Shown here one piece after another: positions 47,735 through 58,388 of a stretch of DNA of 64,000 bases (its first letter is position 1; every line of letters begins with the position of its first letter). This DNA comes from an uncultured virus (IMG/VR IMGVR_UViG_3300021197_000193). Lineage: Duplodnaviria > Heunggongvirae > Uroviricota > Caudoviricetes. The position numbers were made by a program, and so were the translations under genes. Below the pieces are notes generated by a model that saw nothing but the letters and a program-made list of their open reading frames with translations, was not told the DNA's origin and ran no database searches. The DNA lies in the IMG/VR virus record IMGVR_UViG_3300021197_000193, positions 1-64,000 of that record. One strand, given 5' to 3'.

Positions 47735-50700
47735 ATGGCACTGTACCAATTAACTGACCGCCGCGGGAACAAAATACAGGTAGAAGGCCCAGAAGGCGCT
47801 ACCACAGAACAACTTGTGTCAATATACAACCGCACGATGGTAGAGCGCAGGCGCGAACCAGAACGTAGGTTCCGTGCAGGGTTGGAAGATTATTTCGGTA
47901 CGCAAGAAAACATAGCGGAGCAGATAGCGCGTAGTAGAAAACCTACGGTGGGCGACTATTTTGGTGAAGTTCCAAAAGGTCTTATTGGCGGCGCTGCGGG
48001 GTTAGTAGAACAGGGCGCGTTAGGTCTTGCGGCATTACTACCAGAAGATGCAGAAAATGTTGTCCGTGATGGGATAAAATCTGTGGGCGGCGCGGTGCAA
48101 GATTATGTAGCCCCAGACTTTAACTTAGAAGATAGCATCCCCCGCAAACTTAGCGAAGCAGGTGGTTCTTTTGCGGGTCTTGTTGGTGCGTCTCTTATAA
48201 ACCCTATAGCAGGGGGCACATTGGCGGTAGCCGCGGGGTCTGGAGAAGCTAGCGAACGTGCGCGAGCCGCAGGTGCTACACAGGAACAACGTAACCTAGC
48301 AGCGTTACAGGGTATACTCCCGGGCGCACTTGAGCTTATCCCTGTAGGACGTTTAGTCAAAGGGATTAAACAAGTATATAAGGGTGAAGCTAAACCCGTC
48401 GAACTTATAAAGAACCGCATCCAACGTGCATCGCGCGAAGGTGGTATAGAAGCCGCGCAAGAAGTTGCGTCTGGTATTGCCCAAAACATGATAGAGCAGG
48501 GGTACAACCCCGAGCAAGGTACGTTTGAAGGTAGCGGAGAAGCCGCAGGGTACGGCGGTGCCGTAGGGTTTTTAGCGCAAAGCCTGCTTGACCTTGCTAC
48601 ACCTAGAACCCGTGGCAGTGCGGCAGATGTAGAACCAGAAGAAACACTTGCTTTACCTGCACCGGACACAGGTATTGCGGGGCTTTTACCTGCACCACCA
48701 AAACAACTTGCCGACCAACGTAAACCTTTGGGTAATGCGCAAGCTCGCGCAGATGTAGGCAGAATAATTGATTCTACAGGGGATGTAACCCTTGGAGAGA
48801 TGGAAGACATTGTAGCGCGAACAGGTATATCTCTGCCTGACCTTGAAACTGTTGTTTCTGAAGAAATGCAGAAACGTGGCACTAAGCTAGCGCAACGTGC
48901 GCAAGAAGAAATCGAAGATGAGCTTACTACTCCAGAAGTAGAACGCCCACCGTCCCGTATGGACACCGCTGTAGCAGATGCGTTGGCAGGTAGAAACGCA
49001 GTGCAAGAGGCAGCACGCAGACGTGAAGAACAAGCTGCATTAGAACGTGACGATGTAGCCGCGTACGAGCAACCCGACCTGTTAGCCGCAGAATTAGAAG
49101 CGGAACGTAAAATATCACCAGAGGCTGCGGCACAAGATGCAGCGCGTCCTGCACCGCCGAACGTGGAGCTAGATGAACAAGGTAAAGTACGAGAAATAAA
49201 AGAAGAAGAAGTTTTACCAATACAGGGGCCACGAAGACGTGACCTTGTAGATTTAATAAGTGAAGAAAGTGCACTTGCTAAAGAAATTGAAGCGGAAGAA
49301 ACGGTAAAACGTCAGCAAGAGCAAACAAGGGCCGAGTCTACCGCGGAAACCGCGCAGGGTAAATTAGACGCAGATCGTGCAGCGCAAACCGAAGCTACGC
49401 GCACCAAAGTGTTGCAGGACACAGTGGCTAATGCAGGCGAAGTACGTAGACCAGAAGCGTTGCGTAGGCTGTACGAAACCGCGTTGACAGAAGCGGGAAT
49501 TACAAACCCCAAAGCCACATCACAAGAAATGGAAAGCCTGCGCCGTGCGTCTAATGTCATACGGGCAAAAGACCCTGTAGCAGACGCCGCCGCCGCGCAA
49601 GAGGGAATCAAAGACCCAGCACAAGTAAAATTGGAAGCTATGGTAACTCCCAAAGAAAGGCGGCGAAATGTTAGACCAGTTGACCCAGAGACAGGTGGAG
49701 ATGGCGTTTCGTCTGCTGGACAAGGCAGTACAGTCGGAGCCGCCCCAACCGCTGCGAGTACCGCCAACATTACAGCACCTAACGACAGCGGAATGGGACG
49801 CCCTGTGTCTGGCGTTGGAGGAACTACTGCACCAGAAGGAGCGCAGTCAGATACACTAAATCTGGACGCAGCTATTTTAGAAGCTGTAACAGACCCTGAT
49901 CCTGTTACGCCTCCCGTAGAGCAGAAAAAACGGCCCGAGGCAGGACCCAAGTCAAAACGTGTTACACAGAAAACTAAACGTACGGATACCTCCGGTAGAC
50001 GTAAAGTATTACCTACGTTTCCAGAAAAACAAACACTTACAAAAGTATCGAAAGACCTGAAGCGCAGGGGTCCAGCGGGTTCGTCTGTTCGTGGTACTCG
50101 TAAAGTCCAAGCCAAAGAAGACACTACACGCGCCGAGCTACGTAAACGGTGGGATGAAACTGCGCCAGCCGTGGTCAAACAAGACACCCAGACCACAGAC
50201 ACTTTGGTCAAAGGCGATGTGCTATCGAATAGTGACAATAAGAAAACTCTAAACTTCTTGGAGGGTAAGGTTACTACCCGTGACAAGGTTGGGCTTGCCG
50301 CTAAACGCTACCTGTCTATGCACCCGAACCCAGAAGAAGGTTTGTTTGTAGCATTGTTCGATATGGTAAACCGCACGCCTAAGTTTTCTGGGCGTGAAAA
50401 AGGCATGACCGATGCGCAAGCCGAGTTACGCAAAGGTACAAGTGACGTGCAAGGCGCACGCGCTGTATACTGGGCCATGAACAACCTGAGTCCACAAACA
50501 CAGAAGTGGATGGACGAAACTAAAGCCGAGATACAAAAACAGTTAGATGCTGTTACGGGGTTAGACTACGCGGCGCGGACAGAATCACCTTTGACTATAC
50601 GACAACGCATAGAGAACGCTGCCCGTGCTATTAAAGAGCGCGAAGCGGTAACAGTGAAGACGGGAGTTACAGTTCAGACATCAGAAGCTGTAGAAGCTAT

Positions 50701-53700
50701 GCCTGAAGGTCAGTACAGACCCCGTAGAAAAACAGGCAAGACTGCGTATGAAGCATATTTATCGGATCAGTACACCGCCGAAGAACGCAAAGCTATTGCC
50801 AAAGACGATGACCTTGCGCTTAAAACATACGCAGACTTTGAGTTTCTACAGAAGCAAGGATTTGCCCTAGAAAAAGACGCGGTGGTTGGGCTAGATGCGG
50901 CACCCCACCCTACAGTTATGCAGGCCATAAAACGTGGTGATCTTAAAGCCGCGCTTGCCGCACTAGCCAACACAAACGGTAACGCACAGGTGCGAGAGCT
51001 AGCCGCTAAGTTTGCCAATGTAGCAGGTGACACAAAACTTGTTATAGTGAAGAACCTGAAGGCCGAAGACGGACGCCCCGCTGCAGGATTGTTTGATCCT
51101 AAGACCAACACGATATCGCTAGACGCAGATACTGGTATCAACACGCACACGTTGATGCACGAAATGTCTCACGCAGGCATGTCAGCGGCATTGGCTGACC
51201 CTAAGAATGGGTTTGGTATTCAGCTTAAAAAGCTGTTCAAAGACTTGGATGGTCTGCTAGGTACAGCTTACGGCTCAAAAGACCCTGATGAATTTTTATC
51301 TGAGGCGATGAGCAATCCAGAGTTCCGATCAGAACTTGCAAGCATAAACCCAAAAGGCGAACCTGTTAGCGCACTGCAACGTTTCTTTAATATGGCTAAC
51401 AACTTTTTGAGTAGGTTTGTGCCGTTTATTAAATCTCGTAACCTGACCGCTTTGCAAGAAGTAGACAGTCTTGTAGATGCGTTGTTAGCCCCTGCACCCA
51501 TGTATCGTTACGCCAACCAGATGGCAATGATGACTACCGCCGATGGTGTTAGGAAGTTTACACGAGACGCAGTTGATGCAACGCAGAAGGCTATAAACAA
51601 AGAAAGCCGAGAGCAATTCAGGTTCAACGTGCGGGACTTCTTTACCCAAGGGTTCTCAAAGAAAACCAAAAACCTGCTACTTAAACTTACTGGCTCTCAA
51701 GGGTTAGGCGACATTGCGGAAGCAGTTGGCTTGGGCAGAATGGGCCACGATTTGGATGAGTTGATATCCAACCAACGAGGAGAAATCCAAACCGCAAACG
51801 AACTTATTAAAAGAAAGATCAAGGAAATCCTAACCAAGTTAAACAAGGGTACGGACGAGCAGGCGCAAAAACGCCGAGAAGCCTTAGATCGTTTGATCTA
51901 TGATAACGACTACGGTGCCACTATCTATCAGGTAGACCCTACAAAACCAAAGGGTACATACATTAACAAAGACGGTAGCCCTCGTATAGACAACGATGGC
52001 AATGATCTGTTGGAGGTATGGAACAAGCAACGTAAAGACTGGAAAGCATTAGGACCAGAGGGGCGAGCTGTATATAACGAGATGCGAGCAGTGTACAAAG
52101 GTCAGTACGAAAAGCTCAAAGCCGTTATCCTGAAACAGATTGACGAGTTGGTGCAGAACCCTGACGATGCTAAAAAACTGAAGAAGGACATCTTTGCCAG
52201 ATTGTTCGATGCTAGCACCCTAGATGTGTACTTCCCGCTTATGCGTGACGGTGATTACGTGCTACGTTATGAGGTCAAGAACCCTAAGTCGTCACGCGAA
52301 GCCACTGTGGTGCAGACATTTACTACAGACGCAGAACGTCAAGACGCTGCCAAGATGTTCCGAGCGAACAAAGACTATAAGAATGTAGAGATTGTTGACG
52401 AAGTGTCCGCGAACACCTTCAGGGGTACAGGCGTAGACCCAAGTTTTGCATACGAAGCCCTAAGTATTTTGGACAAAAACAAAGTCCCACAAGACGTAAA
52501 AGATCAGGTAATCAAACTGTTTATAAACTCGCTACCTGAGACATCGTTTGCCAAGTCATTGCAGAAACGTAAAGGCACCCCGGGGTACATGCAGGATTCT
52601 GTGTATGCTCTTAAGACAAAGGGCTACAGTCTTGCTAGTCAAACAGTCAAACTAAAATACGGGGCACTTTTGCGTCAGTATGAAGCTGACCTTGATACAT
52701 TACCCTTTAATGCGATGTTTAAAGTTCCAAAAGCAAAGAGCTTGGTAGGGAAGAACACGGAACGGCTTACCGCTGCGTTTGGTGATGTAAAGGCAGAATT
52801 AAAAGACCGTGCGCAGTTTGCACGAAAAGGCGCGGACAACAAAAGCATAGAAGCGGTAGCCCGTAGACTGAACCAGACCGCGTTTATATACACCATCGGC
52901 TTTAACGCATCGTCTGCTCTGGTCAACCTGTCGCAAATCCCGTTGTTCGTTGCCCCGTTTTTGGGCGGGAAACATGGGTACGTAAAAACGTACGCCGCTA
53001 TTAAATCTGCCTACGGTAATACATTACTGGGTGGTAAGCGTGGCGGCAAAACAAATTCAATACTAGATTTTTATGACATATCTGACAAAGGTACATTCAC
53101 CCTGAAAAAAGGTTTAGAGTTACCTGAAGGGAAAGAAGCCGAACTACGCAACATGACCGCCTTGGTGCAAACTGCATCTCAACGGGGCTTGTTGGGCCAA
53201 GGGTTCTTAGCAGAAGCTATGGGGTTGAACGAGACTAGCCGCATCAAAAAGGGCGGTAAAATAGGCAACGCTATGGACAATGCGTCCGTGCTATCCGCAT
53301 GGCTGTTTAACCACGCAGAACAACTTAACCGCCAAGTAACTTTAATGGCTTCGTTCAATCTAGCGTTGCAGGGCATAAAAATAAAAAACTACCTCGACAC
53401 TAACAAGTTAGACGACACTCCCGCCAATCGTACCAAGGCAGAAAAGAAAACGACTGGTAAAGACCCTAGCGAAGCACAAATAGAAGAAGCCGTGCGGCAA
53501 GCCATTTATGATACACAGCAAACAAACGGTGGCACGTTCTTGGAGACTGCCCCGAGTATTGCGCGGGAAGGTATCGGGCGCGTTGCGTTTATGTATAAAA
53601 ACTACGGCCTGCAAATGTACTACACCATGTTTAAGACCGCAAAGATTGCATTGGACAGTGATAAAGGTAGATTGTTTGGCCCAGAAGGGTCACCCGAACG

Positions 53701-54550
53701 TAAGGCCGCGGTAAAACAACTTATCGGTATGCACGGATCGGCGTTGTTTTTTGCAGGGGTACAAGGACTACCATTGTACGGCGCAGTAAAACTTATGGTT
53801 AACCTGTTCTTATTGGATGAGGAAGAGGAAGATTTTGATACAATCGTGCGACAGTATATGGGTGAGGGTTGGTATAAAGGCGCGATAACCCAGTTCGCAG
53901 GGATCGACGTGGCAGGGCGTATGGCGCTTACTGGACTTCTGATCCAAGAGAACCGCTATAACAACAACCCATCCCTAGAAGAAACAATCGGGTTCTACGC
54001 AGGTGGACCCGCACTTAGCGTTGCTAATCGTCTGTACCGTGGAGGTTCCGATTTACTGGCAGGGGAAACACAGCGTGGCATGGAAAGCATATTACCTGCA
54101 GGGGTGACCAACGCATACAGAGCAGCGTTTGGTAGGTATGCACAACAAGGCGGCGCGTTCACTAGACGTAACGACCCTATCTACGATGATGTTACCAATG
54201 GCGAATTACTGATGTGGGGGCTTGGGTTCCCTCCTACAGAATACACATTCCGTCAGGAACAAAACTCTATCACCAAACGTATAGACATCGCTGTAAACAA
54301 GAAACGATCCGCGCTAAACAAAAAATACTACGTTGCCTCGCGTATGGGAGATTACAGTGAGATGATGCAAGTCTATAAAGATATGCTTAAATTCAACAAG
54401 CGTCATCCAGAGGCTGCTATTACCCCAGAGTCCATAGATCGTTCCATGAAGCGCCACGCAGAGACTACGGAAAACATGCACAATGGCGCGTCGTTTAGCA
54501 CTACGTACGGTGCCGCAGTTCAAGACATACGGAACGCCTTCAAGCAATAA
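47735..54550 (+). CDS. Large polyvalent/ejection protein with zincin-like metallopeptidase
   Basis: 2271 aa; GLFDPKTNTISL...LMHEMSH...EFLSE (HExxH); YFPLMRDGDY (PLxRFG-like); hydrophobic helices near both ends; last gene of the virion module. Confidence 0.75.
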   Translation: MALYQLTDRRGNKIQVEGPEGATTEQLVSIYNRTMVERRREPERRFRAGLEDYFGTQENIAEQIARSRKPTVGDYFGEVPKGLIGGAAGLVEQGALGLAALLPEDAENVVRDGIKSVGGAVQDYVAPDFNLEDSIPRKLSEAGGSFAGLVGASLINPIAGGTLAVAAGSGEASERARAAGATQEQRNLAALQGILPGALELIPVGRLVKGIKQVYKGEAKPVELIKNRIQRASREGGIEAAQEVASGIAQNMIEQGYNPEQGTFEGSGEAAGYGGAVGFLAQSLLDLATPRTRGSAADVEPEETLALPAPDTGIAGLLPAPPKQLADQRKPLGNAQARADVGRIIDSTGDVTLGEMEDIVARTGISLPDLETVVSEEMQKRGTKLAQRAQEEIEDELTTPEVERPPSRMDTAVADALAGRNAVQEAARRREEQAALERDDVAAYEQPDLLAAELEAERKISPEAAAQDAARPAPPNVELDEQGKVREIKEEEVLPIQGPRRRDLVDLISEESALAKEIEAEETVKRQQEQTRAESTAETAQGKLDADRAAQTEATRTKVLQDTVANAGEVRRPEALRRLYETALTEAGITNPKATSQEMESLRRASNVIRAKDPVADAAAAQEGIKDPAQVKLEAMVTPKERRRNVRPVDPETGGDGVSSAGQGSTVGAAPTAASTANITAPNDSGMGRPVSGVGGTTAPEGAQSDTLNLDAAILEAVTDPDPVTPPVEQKKRPEAGPKSKRVTQKTKRTDTSGRRKVLPTFPEKQTLTKVSKDLKRRGPAGSSVRGTRKVQAKEDTTRAELRKRWDETAPAVVKQDTQTTDTLVKGDVLSNSDNKKTLNFLEGKVTTRDKVGLAAKRYLSMHPNPEEGLFVALFDMVNRTPKFSGREKGMTDAQAELRKGTSDVQGARAVYWAMNNLSPQTQKWMDETKAEIQKQLDAVTGLDYAARTESPLTIRQRIENAARAIKEREAVTVKTGVTVQTSEAVEAMPEGQYRPRRKTGKTAYEAYLSDQYTAEERKAIAKDDDLALKTYADFEFLQKQGFALEKDAVVGLDAAPHPTVMQAIKRGDLKAALAALANTNGNAQVRELAAKFANVAGDTKLVIVKNLKAEDGRPAAGLFDPKTNTISLDADTGINTHTLMHEMSHAGMSAALADPKNGFGIQLKKLFKDLDGLLGTAYGSKDPDEFLSEAMSNPEFRSELASINPKGEPVSALQRFFNMANNFLSRFVPFIKSRNLTALQEVDSLVDALLAPAPMYRYANQMAMMTTADGVRKFTRDAVDATQKAINKESREQFRFNVRDFFTQGFSKKTKNLLLKLTGSQGLGDIAEAVGLGRMGHDLDELISNQRGEIQTANELIKRKIKEILTKLNKGTDEQAQKRREALDRLIYDNDYGATIYQVDPTKPKGTYINKDGSPRIDNDGNDLLEVWNKQRKDWKALGPEGRAVYNEMRAVYKGQYEKLKAVILKQIDELVQNPDDAKKLKKDIFARLFDASTLDVYFPLMRDGDYVLRYEVKNPKSSREATVVQTFTTDAERQDAAKMFRANKDYKNVEIVDEVSANTFRGTGVDPSFAYEALSILDKNKVPQDVKDQVIKLFINSLPETSFAKSLQKRKGTPGYMQDSVYALKTKGYSLASQTVKLKYGALLRQYEADLDTLPFNAMFKVPKAKSLVGKNTERLTAAFGDVKAELKDRAQFARKGADNKSIEAVARRLNQTAFIYTIGFNASSALVNLSQIPLFVAPFLGGKHGYVKTYAAIKSAYGNTLLGGKRGGKTNSILDFYDISDKGTFTLKKGLELPEGKEAELRNMTALVQTASQRGLLGQGFLAEAMGLNETSRIKKGGKIGNAMDNASVLSAWLFNHAEQLNRQVTLMASFNLALQGIKIKNYLDTNKLDDTPANRTKAEKKTTGKDPSEAQIEEAVRQAIYDTQQTNGGTFLETAPSIAREGIGRVAFMYKNYGLQMYYTMFKTAKIALDSDKGRLFGPEGSPERKAAVKQLIGMHGSALFFAGVQGLPLYGAVKLMVNLFLLDEEEEDFDTIVRQYMGEGWYKGAITQFAGIDVAGRMALTGLLIQENRYNNNPSLEETIGFYAGGPALSVANRLYRGGSDLLAGETQRGMESILPAGVTNAYRAAFGRYAQQGGAFTRRNDPIYDDVTNGELLMWGLGFPPTEYTFRQEQNSITKRIDIAVNKKRSALNKKYYVASRMGDYSEMMQVYKDMLKFNKRHPEAAITPESIDRSMKRHAETTENMHNGASFSTTYGAAVQDIRNAFKQ

Positions 54551-54573
54551 AAATCCCCCGCGCGAGGCGGGGG
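54546..54573 (-). terminator. Rho-independent terminator of the minus-strand transcript
   Basis: Minus strand CCCCCGC-CTCGC-GCGGGGG followed by ATTTTTATT. Confidence 0.75.
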
Positions 54574-54612
54574 TAGTAGAGAGGAGAATGACAAGTATGT
54601 CGAGCTTGTCAT
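54548..54612 (-). ncRNA. Candidate anti-RBS small RNA
   Basis: 5' hairpin ATGACAAG/CTTGTCAT, single-stranded TCTCCTCTCTAC, then terminator; 12 nt complementary to the GGAGAATGACAA leaders. Confidence 0.4.
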
Positions 54613-54622
54613 GTATGATGTA

Positions 54623-54850
54623 TCACACTGTCCTCCATATGCGAACCCCAAACATACCATTTTCAATTCGGACCCGCGTTTCTGCGCCCCACTTTTTGCG
54701 TTGCGCTATATCTTGTAGTTGTTTTCGCGCCTTAATAATGTTGACGCACGGGATGAAAACAGACGCTCCAACCACCATATCATCCCAATTAACAACTATT
54801 TTTACTTGGTCTGGCGACAGATCATCAGTCTTCAGTGGTTTCTGATACAC
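54623..54850 (-). CDS. Hypothetical protein
   Basis: WDDMVVGASVFIP...GVRIWR; overlaps primase-helicase end. Confidence 0.7.
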   Translation of the reverse strand: MYQKPLKTDDLSPDQVKIVVNWDDMVVGASVFIPCVNIIKARKQLQDIAQRKKWGAETRVRIENGMFGVRIWRTV

Positions 54851-57623
54851 CGCTAAACCCCGTTAGTTTTACCGACAATGCCCATATAGCAGGTAAGTTA
54901 AAGTTCGTGCCCTTGCTTAACCGCATCTTAATACGTTTAGCCCCCATCTCTTTTTGCATACCTTCCACGGTGCTTGTGTAGTCTATTTTCTGTTCTCCAA
55001 GCCACGTCTTAAATGTCTTTGGTACAATATAAAGCATGTTTGTATCTGTCTCGTATCGTGCAACAAACATACCTCGGGGGTTCTGCTCGGGTATGACCAT
55101 GGGTGTAATACCTTCAGCGTTGGGCGCTTTCTCCGTGCTTTTAATTTTAAGTATGCTGCCCCAATGCTCGGTAGCAAATTCTGTGACTAATGTTTGTACC
55201 GACGCGGTGCTATCGTCTACGAACGCCTTGACCCTTATCAGTTGTCCTACCACCCACTTGAATAGCTTTTTCATGTCGTAATCTACTATGCCTGCACGTT
55301 TAGCGGCTAACGCTCCCACCAGTATGGCCGAACACCCACCAGACCAAAAACGGTTTTTCTGATCCAACCCTGCGGCCTTGTCTAACTCAGCTTTAATTTT
55401 TTCATAGTCCGCGACTATGGCTGTTTTATTTTGGATAACATACCGCACAAAGTCTGGGCCATAATGCCCGTAGTTGTTTTGTATGTCCTTGAACAACCCT
55501 GCGGATACAACGGGGTCTACTTTTACCATAGGTATTTCGTCCACCCGTAGCTCCAATAACCGCTGCATCTCCGCTTTAGTGTCGCCCTTCGCCATAGCCA
55601 TCTGCGCGTACATACTAACATTACCTGACGATAACGCTATCAAATGCCACGGCCTACCCCTAACACGTTCGTAGTTGCCGCCACCTGCCATCCGGTTCTT
55701 CTGCGTACCTTCTGATAGTTGGTATGCGTAATCAGATGCTTGCTTGCCATGAATGTTTGTCATTTCGTCTGTGTTCAGACCAAGGTTGTGCATGACCTCG
55801 GCAAAATTCATACGAGAGTTTGGGGTATCCCCTTTGGTGCCCGTAAGCCCACGCGGTTCGCCCCATATAGCGGTGCCCGTATACATAGCAGTTGTTTTAC
55901 CACCACCCGTCTCACCGAACAGATGGATACCTAAACTATACAAACCTGTTAGGGGCATGAGTATAGTGCCAAACCCTGCGCACACCGTGAACTGCTGTAA
56001 CTCCATACCGTCTTGATTGTAGAAGTCTAATATCTCTTTGTGCCGTTCTCTGGTGCCTTTAGGTTTGAACTTAACTATGTGCCCTGCGGTCTTACTAGAT
56101 GGTGGATTGTACTCCGCGCCATGTGCGGTAATAAGTTGGTCACCTAACACAAACTCATCCATAACTTCGTCGTCAACCCATCCAAATTGTTGGTGCGCCT
56201 CACTTGCTGTGGTGGTCTGCTGCAACTCTCGTATCCATGCCGCTGTGTATGCCATAAGTTTATCTACTTCCTTACCGTAAGTTACTATACCCTGCATGGA
56301 CATGTGCTTACGAAACTCTTCTCTGGACGTAACCGCAGATAGCGGCACTACAAAGTCGCGCACCCCGTCTCTTGGCAAGTGTAGCGCAAAAGCTATAACT
56401 TCTCCAAGCTCCACATCATGCAGTCTGCGCGTAACGTAAAAGTCATGGTGGTATATGCAAATTTCTTCGGGATCACCGTTATCATTTTCCCCTCTCAGGT
56501 ACACACCCCCATGCTGACCTCTAAAGTATGGACGTGGTAGCGCAGGTATAGCTACCTGTTTTTCGTCACCCCCAAACATATCTTCTGGTGCAGCCTCTTT
56601 AATTTCTTTTGTGAGTACCGCAGGTGTTGTTATCTTCCCCTTGTTAGGGCAACCTTCGCACCCTTCTGGGTTCAACCGCTCTATGGTGCTACAAAAATGC
56701 GGTCCCCCTGTGTCTTGCATTTTCTTCAAGGTGGCTTCCACGTTGTAGTCTGCATGACTAGCCGACATTATGTGCGCCGCTTCGTCCCCGTCCTCGCAGA
56801 CGTTAGCTATAGACAACCCTGCGCGCCACAAGTCATGCGATATGCTGTCCTGATGCTTTATTATGTGCTTGATCTGATTGCAGCCCGTACCGTTTTTTGT
56901 GCGTGTTATAAGCCGCTTAAAACTACCTTTATAGTTTTGGTACATGGCTTCTTTAAATGCGCTAACCGCAGATGTCTCGCGTTTCTGGGGTACTGGTATC
57001 GGGTCATCGCCAAGCAACACCGCAAACTGGTCAAAGTCCACGGTGGAAAAATCTTCTATGCCATAAAAATCTACGGGTAGCGGTGTCTCGTATTTGTGGT
57101 TGTAGGTACTTGGCACACGTAAAACACTAGCAGCATCAGATGTACGTGATGGGTCTACAGGAAAACCTTGTTCTTCACATAACCTCTTTAGTCGTGTCGC
57201 TACAGGAAACCAATCTTCTCTACACACAGGCGCGGACAATATCCAATAGACATGTACGCCACGCCCTGAGTTCACGAGTGTAGGTGTAGGCAGGCTGTTA
57301 TTTTCGCAGAAGGTGCGTAGTTCATCAATGGCGACTACCTGAGATGGAAATTCCTTATCGGGGCCGCAGTCTAAATCCAAGAAAAAAGACTTCATCCATT
57401 GCATATTTTTTGCGGTGCGCGAACTACTGTCAAAAAACGTACCCAAAGCAAAGAAAGCGTTCCACCCATTATCATTAAGGTTACGTGCTTCGTGCAGTAG
57501 GTCGTCTGTAGACAAGCAAAATGTTTGTTTAATCTGCTCGTTGGGTTTTACACCTTTGATGGCCCACACGCAATATTCGCCTTCGTGCGCTAGCACCAAG
57601 TCTAAAAAAGTTTTGGTTTTCAT
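54825..57623 (-). CDS. Primase-helicase (RepB/AEP-like primase + DUF927-like helicase)
   Basis: FFLDLDC, SGRGVHVYW, SVLRVPSTYN primase motifs; CEGC Zn site; Walker A GETGGGKTT, DEMT; start refined to MKTKTF (57623). Confidence 0.85.
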   Translation of the reverse strand: MKTKTFLDLVLAHEGEYCVWAIKGVKPNEQIKQTFCLSTDDLLHEARNLNDNGWNAFFALGTFFDSSSRTAKNMQWMKSFFLDLDCGPDKEFPSQVVAIDELRTFCENNSLPTPTLVNSGRGVHVYWILSAPVCREDWFPVATRLKRLCEEQGFPVDPSRTSDAASVLRVPSTYNHKYETPLPVDFYGIEDFSTVDFDQFAVLLGDDPIPVPQKRETSAVSAFKEAMYQNYKGSFKRLITRTKNGTGCNQIKHIIKHQDSISHDLWRAGLSIANVCEDGDEAAHIMSASHADYNVEATLKKMQDTGGPHFCSTIERLNPEGCEGCPNKGKITTPAVLTKEIKEAAPEDMFGGDEKQVAIPALPRPYFRGQHGGVYLRGENDNGDPEEICIYHHDFYVTRRLHDVELGEVIAFALHLPRDGVRDFVVPLSAVTSREEFRKHMSMQGIVTYGKEVDKLMAYTAAWIRELQQTTTASEAHQQFGWVDDEVMDEFVLGDQLITAHGAEYNPPSSKTAGHIVKFKPKGTRERHKEILDFYNQDGMELQQFTVCAGFGTILMPLTGLYSLGIHLFGETGGGKTTAMYTGTAIWGEPRGLTGTKGDTPNSRMNFAEVMHNLGLNTDEMTNIHGKQASDYAYQLSEGTQKNRMAGGGNYERVRGRPWHLIALSSGNVSMYAQMAMAKGDTKAEMQRLLELRVDEIPMVKVDPVVSAGLFKDIQNNYGHYGPDFVRYVIQNKTAIVADYEKIKAELDKAAGLDQKNRFWSGGCSAILVGALAAKRAGIVDYDMKKLFKWVVGQLIRVKAFVDDSTASVQTLVTEFATEHWGSILKIKSTEKAPNAEGITPMVIPEQNPRGMFVARYETDTNMLYIVPKTFKTWLGEQKIDYTSTVEGMQKEMGAKRIKMRLSKGTNFNLPAIWALSVKLTGFSGVSETTED

Positions 57624-57685
57624 TGTATCCGCCCATACCGTAAGAGTAACTACGGCCACCGTAGCAGCCGTAGTGTTTTGAGTTA

Positions 57686-58372
57686 TTATTCGTCGTCAAA
57701 CAAACTGTTCACAACGCTACTCAAATTCTCTTCGGAAGGCTTTGCCGCAGGTTTCTTCGCAGCCTTTTTAATCGGTTCAACGTTGTCGGCCTCTGCGAGT
57801 ACGTTGTTAGACTGAGATTTAGTCTTGGTGAACGGGTTGGGGTCTTCCATTACAAACCCTCCGTCCACTTTCTTAAACGGATTTGCCTTCTCTCTTGGAA
57901 CAAACTTTATAACCTGTACGGCATTTATACGCAAGGACACACTTTGATTACCACCAAAATCATACGGCACCATTTTAACCGCTATATTGACAGTGCTACC
58001 AGTGGTTAACTGAAAGTCTTCGGGTAGCGCGTTCCCTTGAGAATCATACTGCGCAGGGTTGTTAGTCACCTGCCCGTTGTATGAACCCTTCAAGACAGCC
58101 TTGTGCGTAAACGTACCATCGTCGTCTTTGACAAAAGGATTGTCTAACATCTCAGCCCACTTGGGTTCGCGGTTGGCTACGTAAACTTCAGCCATAGCAG
58201 TGAACAAAGCCTTGGCTGTTTTGTTATCCATACGGAACTGTATAGAAAATTCCGCGTTAGTGTCGCGTGGACCACATGGCATACTGCGATTGACTTTCTT
58301 GTCAAAAGCATAGGTCTGGTCCAAACGTGGCCACAGAGCCTCGACTTCTTCAATTATATAGTTTTCAGACAC
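57686..58372 (-). CDS. ssb: Single-stranded DNA-binding protein (T7 gp2.5-like)
   Basis: GSTVNIAV...SLRINAVQVIKF OB-fold motif; acidic C-terminus LFDDE. Confidence 0.75.
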   Translation of the reverse strand: MSENYIIEEVEALWPRLDQTYAFDKKVNRSMPCGPRDTNAEFSIQFRMDNKTAKALFTAMAEVYVANREPKWAEMLDNPFVKDDDGTFTHKAVLKGSYNGQVTNNPAQYDSQGNALPEDFQLTTGSTVNIAVKMVPYDFGGNQSVSLRINAVQVIKFVPREKANPFKKVDGGFVMEDPNPFTKTKSQSNNVLAEADNVEPIKKAAKKPAAKPSEENLSSVVNSLFDDE

Positions 58373-58388
58373 ATCATTCTCCTTTTAT

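Noticed and set aside
51128..51141. Extra GATACTGGTATCAA copy matching the 7.1-7.26 kb repeat core
   Set aside because: Single copy inside a coding region (encodes DTGIN) without the rest of the repeat; probably chance.
47735..54550. N4-like or crAss-like virion RNA polymerase
   Set aside because: No recognisable polymerase catalytic motifs (e.g. DFDGD/DxDxD); motifs fit a polyvalent protein with a peptidase.
54483..54845. Plus-strand 120-aa ORF using the GAGGAG at 54581
   Set aside because: Overlaps the giant gene end, a terminator and an antisense CDS with better features; the GGAGAATGACAA is better explained as an antisense element, though not excluded.
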